From positions 1 through 47,957 of the forward strand of contig JAFPYW010000060.1 of the NCBI GenBank assembly GCA_017394405.1: 47,957 nucleotides of DNA, in the 5' to 3' direction. The notes beneath the pieces were generated by a model. The model ran no database searches and was not told where the DNA came from. It was given only the letters and a program-made list of their open reading frames with translations. This document shows, piece after piece, positions 8,734-16,730 of this stretch; the first letter of the stretch is position 1, and each line of letters opens with the position of its first letter. The stretch is from Alphaproteobacteria bacterium (GTDB lineage: Bacteria > Pseudomonadota > Alphaproteobacteria > CAAHEQ01 > UBA3637). A program made the position numbers and the translations under genes.

Positions 8734-10768
8734 ATTCACCATTAGCATCCAACCCCTCACAACAATTATCATGCTTGTCTATTTTCATACCTTCACAACA
8801 TGTCCATGTACCATCACTTTTTTGGCGGCCATATGGTTTTTCGGCAGTACAACAGGTCCAGACACCATTCACTTTTATTGCAGATGCGGTCCCTTCCTCA
8901 CAACACATCATCTCCATTCCGGTGACGCCGGCTTTAAATACCGCAAGCTTATTTATAACAGCACAGCATTCATAGGTCGGATTCCACCAATAACTACCTT
9001 GATACCAATCCTTACCATCTTTACAACAGTGTCGATAATTCATCCCATCAACGTAATAGAGTCCATCTTCCGGACAGAAACAACCTTGCTTTTCACTGTT
9101 CCACACAAGTGGCGCCACACAGGTATCATTTTTGACACATTCACCCGCATCATTTTCTTCATACCCATCCTCGCAAACGCAATCACCGGCATCGTTCTTG
9201 AGGAAATGTCTTGACTCATCACACTCGCACTCATCACCAACATTGCGTTCTTTCTCATCGCACACCTTAACACATTCACCATTTTTAAAAACTTCTCCCC
9301 ATGCACAACATCCCCATTTACGTAGTTCACCATCATAAGAACCGTGAGGTTTTTCGGGGGTGCAACATTCATAAGCATCAGCATCTGTCACATAGTCTTC
9401 CACGCCCGGCGGACAACAATTACCATTTTCGTCCACACCTAGTGTTCCTGTTGGACAACAAACCTCATCGTCCGAATAATTTTTCACAACAACTGGTTTA
9501 TCTGCCGGACAGCACTGACCATCTATCACATTTACCCCAGCCGGACAACAATTACCATCTTTATCCAAACTCACCACTCCCGGTGGACAACAGGCAGACT
9601 TTCTACCATACTTCACAGACATTGGTTTATCCGTTGGACAACATGCACCATTCGCCGCCGCTACACCATCCGGACAACACGCATACCAGCCATTTCCATC
9701 AGGCACCATATAAAGCTCTGTGCCCCAACATTCACAGGATCCAGCAAAAGTCGACACGCGCGCATGTTCAGGACATTCACATTCCCCATCCTTGACACGA
9801 GCATTACCCGGACAACAAATCTGGCCACCATTTCCATCATCCATCAAATTCTTATTCGGGTGAGAACATTCACATTTACCACCATATACTTGTGCATTTT
9901 TTGCAATACATTCACAATCCCCATCCTTGACACGAGCATTACCCGGACAACAAATTTCACCCACGGTTTCATCATGCATCAATTCAGGCACGTACTGTGG
10001 ACAGTAACATTCGCCGTTATCAATTTTGGCATTCTTTGGACAACACTTTTGCGCCTTTTTATTCCATTGTCTTTTCAATTTAGCGCACTCTTTCGCCGTT
10101 TTAACTTCGTTCCATTCGTCGCTGTCCGTTCCATCCCGATTTCCACCGGCCAAAGCGTTTTTAATTCCAAATACCTCTTTTAATTTATTCAAGAAAGCAT
10201 GATCCGAGCCCTGCTTCATGGGGGTGCTTTCAATTTCTTCCAGACTGTTCGCATACCATTCAATCGTTTTCAAATCACCTTTGGTATCCCGATAATAATC
10301 CGTTACTTTATAGGTATCGTCTTCCCCATCATACACCAAGCGCCAAGATCCCGCGCCGCGCCCCGAAACCGTGTCGCCCATTTGGTCCACATAATCCCAT
10401 GTAAAAACGATTTTATAATCGTCTTCCAACCAATAAGACGCCCGTCCTGTTCCAACCAAAGTCGTTCCGTCCACGCAAGCATTGTCACGAATAACATGAT
10501 TTTCCAAATCGCAACATTTTTGATTTTCACCTTCGGTATAAACTAAATAGTTTGGACAACACTTTCCGACAACGGCCGTTTCATCATCACCACAATCACG
10601 GAACTCCGGCGGCACAATCGGATTATTTGGATCCACGTGCAAACCAAGGGAACTGACACCCTTCTCTTTGCGATAATAGGAGGATGATTTACCACTATGC
10701 CCGCCACCAAATGCAAAAGCGGCTGTTGATATACATAACGCTGTCACCAGCAAGATCAGTTTCTTCAT
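8699..10768 (-). CDS. giant cysteine-rich repeat protein, N-terminal part with Sec signal peptide
   Basis: MKKLILLVTALCISTAAFA signal peptide after AAGGA RBS; Cys-rich repeats shared with the downstream ORF; premature TGA caused by the frameshift. Confidence 0.85.
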   Translation of the reverse strand: MKKLILLVTALCISTAAFAFGGGHSGKSSSYYRKEKGVSSLGLHVDPNNPIVPPEFRDCGDDETAVVGKCCPNYLVYTEGENQKCCDLENHVIRDNACVDGTTLVGTGRASYWLEDDYKIVFTWDYVDQMGDTVSGRGAGSWRLVYDGEDDTYKVTDYYRDTKGDLKTIEWYANSLEEIESTPMKQGSDHAFLNKLKEVFGIKNALAGGNRDGTDSDEWNEVKTAKECAKLKRQWNKKAQKCCPKNAKIDNGECYCPQYVPELMHDETVGEICCPGNARVKDGDCECIAKNAQVYGGKCECSHPNKNLMDDGNGGQICCPGNARVKDGECECPEHARVSTFAGSCECWGTELYMVPDGNGWYACCPDGVAAANGACCPTDKPMSVKYGRKSACCPPGVVSLDKDGNCCPAGVNVIDGQCCPADKPVVVKNYSDDEVCCPTGTLGVDENGNCCPPGVEDYVTDADAYECCTPEKPHGSYDGELRKWGCCAWGEVFKNGECVKVCDEKERNVGDECECDESRHFLKNDAGDCVCEDGYEENDAGECVKNDTCVAPLVWNSEKQGCFCPEDGLYYVDGMNYRHCCKDGKDWYQGSYWWNPTYECCAVINKLAVFKAGVTGMEMMCCEEGTASAIKVNGVWTCCTAEKPYGRQKSDGTWTCCEGMKIDKHDNCCEGLDANGECCPWGVESGKW
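9773..9955. repeat. 48-bp intragenic direct repeat (9773-9820 and 9908-9955)
   Basis: Both copies encode ICCPGNARVKDG(D/E)CEC; offset 135 nt. Confidence 0.85.
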
Positions 10769-10807
10769 GGACATCCTTATAAGGTTAGTTTTTACGTACG
10801 TACTTTC

Positions 10808-10836
10808 AGATTATAAAAACAAAAATCAAATGTCAA
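10808..10836 (-). promoter_or_regulatory. sigma70 promoter of the Cys-rich gene
   Basis: TTGACA-N17-TAATCT (TATAAT at N15) about 40 nt upstream of the start codon. Confidence 0.65.
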
Positions 10837-10846
10837 GCATTTTATC

Positions 10847-10889
10847 AAAAAAAACGATGCCTCCCTATTTATATAATATAGAGAGGCAT
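10847..10889 (-). terminator. intrinsic terminator of aspS
   Basis: Minus strand AUGCCUCUCUAU...AUAGGGAGGCAU stem followed by CG and U8. Confidence 0.8.
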
Positions 10890-10905
10890 TTTTAGCACCA
10901 GATTT

Positions 10906-12672
10906 TTAGCGCAATTTGATATGCACTTCTCTGAGCTGCGTTTCCGTCACCGGTGATGGCGCATGCATCAAAAGGTCTTGTGCCTGTTGGTTGAACGGGA
11001 ATGCAATCACTTCACGGATGAATTCTTCGTTTTCCAACATCATCACAATCCGGTCAAAACCGAAAGCTGCACCACCATGTGGCGGGGCACCATATTTGAA
11101 TGCGTTCAACATACCGCCGAACTTGGCTTCCACCACTTCCGGACCATAGCCGGCAATTTCAAATGCCTTGTACATGACATCCGGACGATGGTTACGAATA
11201 GCACCCGACAACATTTCCAAACCATTACCCACCATATCAAATTGATAGGCCTTGATTTCCAACGGATTCTTTGTTTGCAACGCTTCCAATTCGCCCTGAG
11301 GCATTGAGAACGGGTTATGACTGAACATCGGCTTACCTGTTTCTGGATCTTGTTCATAGAACGGGAAATCCACGACCCAACAGAAGCGATAAGCATTCTT
11401 TTCATATAGGTCTAATTCTTGCCCTAACAGGTTGCGCACTTTACCCGCAAACAAAGCGGCCTTATCGCCTTTACCACAGATGAAGAACACGCTGTCGCCC
11501 TGCTCTAATCCTGTCAGTTCAAACAATTTAGCCAAACGAGCTTCATCCAATTTTTTCGCAATCGGCCCTTTGTTGCCTTCGGCCGCACGAACAATATAGC
11601 CTAAACCGCCCATTTCATTTTCAACGGCAAAAGCATTCAATTTATCAAACCAACTGCGCGGACGATCTTCGGTCTTGGGCGCACGAATGGCCCGCACAAA
11701 ACCACCCTCGGCCACCGTGTTAGCAAAGATACCAAAATCGGATCCAGCAAACACTTCCGATACATCAACGATGCGCAATGGATTACGCAAATCCGGTTTA
11801 TCCGTTCCAAAAGTTTTCATGGCTTCATCAAATGGAATACGTTGGAATGGCGCTTCGCTGACCGTTGCATTTGGAGCAAACTCTTTGAAAATAGCGGTAA
11901 TCAATTTTTCGCCAACTTCCAAAATTTCATCTTGAGTCACAAATGACATTTCCCAGTCAATTTGATAAAACTCACCGGGAGAACGATCAGCACGGGAATC
12001 TTCATCACGGAAACACGGCGCCAATTGGAAATAGCGATCAAAGCCCGCAACCATCAACAATTGCTTAAATTGTTGCGGAGATTGTGGCAACGCATAAAAT
12101 TCGCCTTTATGCACACGGCTTGGCACCAAATAGTCACGAGCCCCCTCCGGGCTGGACGATGTTAAAATCGGTGTTTGGAATTCCGTGAATCCCATTTCCC
12201 ACATTTTATCACGCACAAACTTATTCAAGCGGTTACGCATTAAAATGTTGGCATGCGGTTTCGTCCGACGCAAGTCCAAGAAACGATACGTCAAGCGTTG
12301 TTCTTCGCTTAAATCCGCAGAATCAGCCGTGATTAAGAAAGGTAATACTTGGGCCTCACCCAACACATCCACCTTTTCCACGCCGACTTCAATTTCACCG
12401 GTCGGCATTTTCGGATTCACCGTTTCCGGCGTTCTGGTTAAAACTTTACCTTCAATACGGACAACAGATTCCGGCCGTGCTTTTTCCAAAGTGGCAAAGC
12501 ATGGGCTGGACGTATCCACCACACATTGTGTCACACCATCATTGTCGCGCAAATCAACGAATAAAAGGTTTCCATGGTCGCGTTTGGTTTGAATCCAACC
12601 AGACAACACAACCGCTTCACCAGAATTGCTTGCACGCAACTGGCCACACAATTTTGTTCTATAATTTTGCAT
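10906..12672 (-). CDS. aspS: aspartate--tRNA ligase, probably non-discriminating (Asp/Asn)
   Basis: [23 protein letters not shown] (His typical of ND-AspRS), [36 protein letters not shown]. Confidence 0.97.
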   Translation of the reverse strand: MQNYRTKLCGQLRASNSGEAVVLSGWIQTKRDHGNLLFVDLRDNDGVTQCVVDTSSPCFATLEKARPESVVRIEGKVLTRTPETVNPKMPTGEIEVGVEKVDVLGEAQVLPFLITADSADLSEEQRLTYRFLDLRRTKPHANILMRNRLNKFVRDKMWEMGFTEFQTPILTSSSPEGARDYLVPSRVHKGEFYALPQSPQQFKQLLMVAGFDRYFQLAPCFRDEDSRADRSPGEFYQIDWEMSFVTQDEILEVGEKLITAIFKEFAPNATVSEAPFQRIPFDEAMKTFGTDKPDLRNPLRIVDVSEVFAGSDFGIFANTVAEGGFVRAIRAPKTEDRPRSWFDKLNAFAVENEMGGLGYIVRAAEGNKGPIAKKLDEARLAKLFELTGLEQGDSVFFICGKGDKAALFAGKVRNLLGQELDLYEKNAYRFCWVVDFPFYEQDPETGKPMFSHNPFSMPQGELEALQTKNPLEIKAYQFDMVGNGLEMLSGAIRNHRPDVMYKAFEIAGYGPEVVEAKFGGMLNAFKYGAPPHGGAAFGFDRIVMMLENEEFIREVIAFPFNQQAQDLLMHAPSPVTETQLREVHIKLR

Positions 12673-12698
12673 TTTTTATCCTTTTCTTTTTGTTAAGT

Positions 12699-12846
12699 GC
12701 AAGGGCGGATTTCGTCCGCTGTGCCACCTTGCTTCAGGATCACATGAATCCCCTTAAACACGCTGTAACGGGCGCGCCCGAAGGGTTCTACTGAGTCAAA
12801 AGGCTGTTCTTCCCTTATGCTCCCCTGTGTCATCAGGATCAAAGCA
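12699..12846 (-). promoter_or_regulatory. T-box riboswitch, ultrashort Stem I (class II/translational type), Asp (GAC) specifier, in the aspS leader
   Basis: K-turn Stem I UGC-UUU-GAU-CCUG-AUGACA-CAGG-GGA-GCA; Stem II AAGGG-AAGAAC...CAGUAGAA-CCCUU; IIA/B CGGGCGCGCCCGUUACAGCG; Stem III; GCAAGG-UGGCACA-GCGGA-CGAAA-UCCGC-CCUUGC. Confidence 0.9.
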
Positions 12847-12852
12847 AAATAC

Positions 12853-12881
12853 ATTATAGCAAACAGAAAAGAAAAAAGCAA
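12853..12881 (-). promoter_or_regulatory. sigma70 promoter for T-box/aspS
   Basis: TTGCTT-N17-TATAAT with extended -10 TG; predicted start about 12846, the first base of Stem I. Confidence 0.8.
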
Positions 12882-12888
12882 CAAAAAT

Positions 12889-13698
12889 CTAAATATCTGG
12901 AATCAGCGGTGCAGGCAAATCCCAATACACCCGATCCTCGCGAATGGGCATAAATGTTTCCAAGTACCGATCTACGCTGATACCCAACGGATTATCCAAC
13001 GTTTTATTTTGATTAAAACCGGTCCGAAGCCAAATTTTAGATAGCGTTCTTTTTTTCGCTTTTTTCATTTTACATTGCAGACATTTTTTTGAATTATCAT
13101 TGCATTGACATTCGGATTGCAAATCGTCCGTGATAGGTAAATCAAATTTTTCAATAATCGCCATCCATAAATTTTCATTTGGATAAACCAATTGTAAATC
13201 GTAAATATGAACATCACGAATCAAACCGCGTCCTCGCGTTTCCCGTTGAATGTCTGGTACTTCACTAGCAAAACGAGAATACACATTTCCTCGCGACATC
13301 CGAGCAATCGGACCTCCTGCGCTGAAATTGCTTTCCATTGTATCACGTGCCCATACCGTGCTGTTACGCAATGTCAGATATTTTATCAGTTGTTCTTCCA
13401 CCAAAATTTGTAACGCCGGCACAGACGTCCGCGCGGGTTGCACCTGTTTTAATGTCAAACGTTCCGGATCAATATAATAAAATTGCCAACTGCGTTCATT
13501 TCCAACACTCACGTCTTGGTGGGTCAATTGGTAATTCAAAAACACCCCCAAAACAATCAACAATGATGCGGCCAAAACCAACCCGACCGTCAAGGTGCGA
13601 ATCATTTTGAAAAAACGACGTTCCGGCAATGCATTCACATGTAGCCGCAACGGATAAGCGCCTAAATCGTCTTTCAATTCTTCGGGTGTGTCTGCCAA
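12889..13698 (-). CDS. VirB8/TrbF-like type IV secretion inner-membrane protein
   Basis: TTG start after GGAG; single TM helix; YLTLR and MSRGNVYSRF helices; C-terminal NPLG motif. Confidence 0.65.
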   Translation of the reverse strand: MADTPEELKDDLGAYPLRLHVNALPERRFFKMIRTLTVGLVLAASLLIVLGVFLNYQLTHQDVSVGNERSWQFYYIDPERLTLKQVQPARTSVPALQILVEEQLIKYLTLRNSTVWARDTMESNFSAGGPIARMSRGNVYSRFASEVPDIQRETRGRGLIRDVHIYDLQLVYPNENLWMAIIEKFDLPITDDLQSECQCNDNSKKCLQCKMKKAKKRTLSKIWLRTGFNQNKTLDNPLGISVDRYLETFMPIREDRVYWDLPAPLIPDI

Positions 13699-13818
13699 GA
13701 GTATCTCCCTTCCTACAAAATAAAATACGCGATTTTTATTTACCTTGCAACAAAAAAATAAAAAACACTTGAGATTTATCAAAAAATGTGTCCTAATAAA
13801 GGACAGCGAGGAATCATC

Positions 13819-14238
13819 ATGAAATATGTTACCGCTTTTTTGTTAAGTTTAGGAATCACCGCATCCGTTTGCCATGCCCAAACAGATCGCGTGTATACAG
13901 AAGCCGAACAAATGGGAACATTGGCCGGTTTGGCCTATGCGTGCGGATCTAAACAAAAATTAAAAGATTTTGAATTGATCGCCGCGCATATATTAGCTGA
14001 CAAATCTGCCACCAGCGAAGAAGCAGAAAAAAAATTACAGCAATTTAACAAAATGAAATATCGTTACATGAAAAAACAAAAAGATTCCCCCAGAATGTCA
14101 TGTAAGGAAGTTTTAGAACATTTTAATAATATGCCTATTTTCCAATCAACCGTTTATGCTGACGGCACGGTTAAAATGTTTGACGGCACCATTTTGAAAC
14201 CACAATATCCCATCATAAAGGTTAAAGTGAGGCAGTAA
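13819..14238 (+). CDS. hypothetical exported protein
   Basis: GAGGA RBS; signal peptide MKYVTAFLLSLGITASVCHA; stop overlaps the recG start. Confidence 0.75.
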   Translation: MKYVTAFLLSLGITASVCHAQTDRVYTEAEQMGTLAGLAYACGSKQKLKDFELIAAHILADKSATSEEAEKKLQQFNKMKYRYMKKQKDSPRMSCKEVLEHFNNMPIFQSTVYADGTVKMFDGTILKPQYPIIKVKVRQ

Positions 14239-16283
14239 TGCGGCCCAGTTTATTAAACCCCTTATTTGTTTCGGTTGAATCTTTTAAGGGCATTGGTCCG
14301 AAATTATCCGCATGGATTCAACAATTATGTGGGCCAAAGGCAGTGGATGTTTTGTGGCATTTACCCACCGCCTTACATCACCGACCGATCATTCAAACGG
14401 CACCAGATACCCCCACATTGGCCACATTACAAATGACCGTCACAAAACACCAAATTTCCCACCACAAAAAACAACCTTGTATTGTTTTCGGCACATGGGC
14501 AGACGGCGATATTCAGTTAGTATTCTTTAATTATCACGCCTCATTTTTAGCTCAAAAAATGGCGGTTGGGCAAACCATTTGGGTGTCCGGCCAAGTCGTT
14601 CCCGATAAACCCTTTACAAAAATTTTACACCCGGATTATATTGAAACAGACGCACATAAAATCCCCCAAAACGAAGCTGTTTATCCGTTAAAGGCCGGGG
14701 CCAACGGCAAAGTCATCCGCCGATTGGTGGAACAAATTTTACCGACCCTGCCCGATTTGCCGGATGAAATTGACGACACTTTACTCACGCGCGAAAAATG
14801 GCCGCATTGGCGTGAAGCGGTTTGTCATGTGCATTCCCCAAAAACAATGGATGATTTGGATCCCCAAAATCCCGCCAGACGGCGTTTGGCCTTTGATGAA
14901 TTGTTGGCCAACCAAACGGCCCTGCATTTGGTGCACAAATCCAACAAAATCAAAAACGGATTTATGTTACCGCATTTGGATAAATTGAGGTTACAATTGC
15001 CGTTTCATTTAACCGGCGCACAACAAAAATGTTTGCAACAAATTCGGACAGATTTGGCCTCCCCCGAACGCATGACCCGTTTATTGCAAGGTGATGTGGG
15101 ATCCGGCAAAACCATCGTGGCGTTGTTGGCTGCCCTACAAGCCATCGAAAACAAAACACAAGTGGCTTTATTGGCCCCCACCGATATCTTGGCCCATCAG
15201 CATTTCGAAAAAATTCAAAAATTATGCCAAGATTTACCTGTTCGCGTGGATTTATTGACCGCCCGAGAAAAGGGTAAAAAGCGCACCCAACTTTTGACCG
15301 ATTTGGCCACCGGACAAATTGATTTGCTGATCGGCACACATGCGTTATTAGAAGATAATGTATCCTTTTCAAAATTGGGATTGGTCATCATTGACGAACA
15401 ACACCGCTTTGGCGTTAAACAACGCTTGGCCTTGGCCGAGAAAGAAAAACAAGCGAACGTGTTGGTCATGACGGCCACCCCCATTCCCCGCACATTGGCG
15501 CTGACGGCCTATGGTGATATGGATATTTCCATTTTGAACGAAAAACCCGCCGGACGACAACCCATTGACACACGCGTTATGCCGATTTCAAAAATTGATC
15601 CGATTATCCAAAAATTAAAAAACACACAAACTCAGGTTTATTGGGTTTGTCCGTTAGTAGAAGAATCACAAGAATCAGACTTGACCGCCGCAAAAAAACG
15701 ATACGACGCCTTGCGTAAAACTTTCGGGGATCAAGTCGGTTTGGTTCATGGTCAAATGAAGGCCGATGAAAAAGATCGCGCCATGGCCGATTTTGTTGCC
15801 GGCCGCACAAAGATTTTAGTTTCTACCACGGTTATTGAAGTCGGTGTGGATGTGCCCACCGCTGGCCTGATGATTGTGGAACACGCCGAACGTTTCGGCT
15901 TGGCCACCTTGCACCAACTCCGTGGCCGTGTGGGCCGAGGCCAAGATAAAGCCGTTTGTTTATTATTACACGGACGATTATCCCAAATGGGGCGGGAACG
16001 ATTGGGCATTTTGCGCGATTCTGATGACGGATTCAAAATTGCCGAAGCCGATTTGCGGTTGCGTGGTGCCGGTGAAGTATTGGGCGTGCGCCAAAGCGGT
16101 TTGCCCGTGTTCAAAATGGCCGATCTGACACAACATGCCGATTTGTTGCAAATGGCCAACGAATATGCCGTTTCATTGTTGCAACAAGATCCTGCCTTAA
16201 AAACAAACCATGGACAAGCATTAAAAAATATGCTATACCTGTTTCAAAAGGAAAAGGAACTCAATTTATTAAAGGCCGGATAA
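14238..16283 (+). CDS. recG: ATP-dependent DNA helicase RecG
   Basis: RLLQGDVGSGKT, DEQHRFG, MTATPIPRTL, STTVIEVGVDVP, LHQLRGRVGRG, DGFKIAEADLRLRGAG. Confidence 0.97.
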   Translation: MRPSLLNPLFVSVESFKGIGPKLSAWIQQLCGPKAVDVLWHLPTALHHRPIIQTAPDTPTLATLQMTVTKHQISHHKKQPCIVFGTWADGDIQLVFFNYHASFLAQKMAVGQTIWVSGQVVPDKPFTKILHPDYIETDAHKIPQNEAVYPLKAGANGKVIRRLVEQILPTLPDLPDEIDDTLLTREKWPHWREAVCHVHSPKTMDDLDPQNPARRRLAFDELLANQTALHLVHKSNKIKNGFMLPHLDKLRLQLPFHLTGAQQKCLQQIRTDLASPERMTRLLQGDVGSGKTIVALLAALQAIENKTQVALLAPTDILAHQHFEKIQKLCQDLPVRVDLLTAREKGKKRTQLLTDLATGQIDLLIGTHALLEDNVSFSKLGLVIIDEQHRFGVKQRLALAEKEKQANVLVMTATPIPRTLALTAYGDMDISILNEKPAGRQPIDTRVMPISKIDPIIQKLKNTQTQVYWVCPLVEESQESDLTAAKKRYDALRKTFGDQVGLVHGQMKADEKDRAMADFVAGRTKILVSTTVIEVGVDVPTAGLMIVEHAERFGLATLHQLRGRVGRGQDKAVCLLLHGRLSQMGRERLGILRDSDDGFKIAEADLRLRGAGEVLGVRQSGLPVFKMADLTQHADLLQMANEYAVSLLQQDPALKTNHGQALKNMLYLFQKEKELNLLKAG

Positions 16284-16730
16284 ATGACAGTACAATTTAC
16301 TTTACAACCGCCCGAGGTCACCAAACGTTTGCGTAAAGAATTTGATCACAAGCGGTTAAATCGTGTATTTGTTTTGTGGTTGTACAGAACGGGACGATTA
16401 AATCCATACAGCCATGAAATTGATTTAATCCGAGCCTCACGCGGACGAGCACCATCCAATTTTGATGTCCATCACATTGTACCCCTGTCCGGTGGCGGAT
16501 TGAACAAATTTTCCAATATGTGTTTGATTGAACGCAGTTTGCATAAATTCATCAACAAAAAATGTTTTGATCCCGCCCTCAAAAACATCAAGGTCGGAGA
16601 AACTGTCACTATCAATGTGCCGGATTTTCCGCGTGTCGCTTTGCGCCGAGAATATAACGGATGGATTGATAAAACTTTGCAACAAACAAAAAATGCAAAT
16701 CGCTTTTATGCATTTTTGCGCCGGCCGTAA
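16284..16730 (+). CDS. HNH endonuclease domain protein
   Basis: FDVHHIVPLSGGGLNKFSNMCLI...H HNH motif; fills the recG-argS gap exactly. Confidence 0.8.
   Translation: MTVQFTLQPPEVTKRLRKEFDHKRLNRVFVLWLYRTGRLNPYSHEIDLIRASRGRAPSNFDVHHIVPLSGGGLNKFSNMCLIERSLHKFINKKCFDPALKNIKVGETVTINVPDFPRVALRREYNGWIDKTLQQTKNANRFYAFLRRP

Noticed and set aside
2551-10546. Numerous plus-strand and alternate-frame ORFs over the Cys-rich gene
   Set aside because: Shadow ORFs caused by biased codon content (His/Gln/Thr-rich antisense); no RBS or motifs.
12693-12884. 63-aa ORF, or a 6S RNA, in the aspS upstream region
   Set aside because: The ORF begins inside the promoter and lacks an RBS. The RNA folds into T-box elements rather than the long 6S rod.
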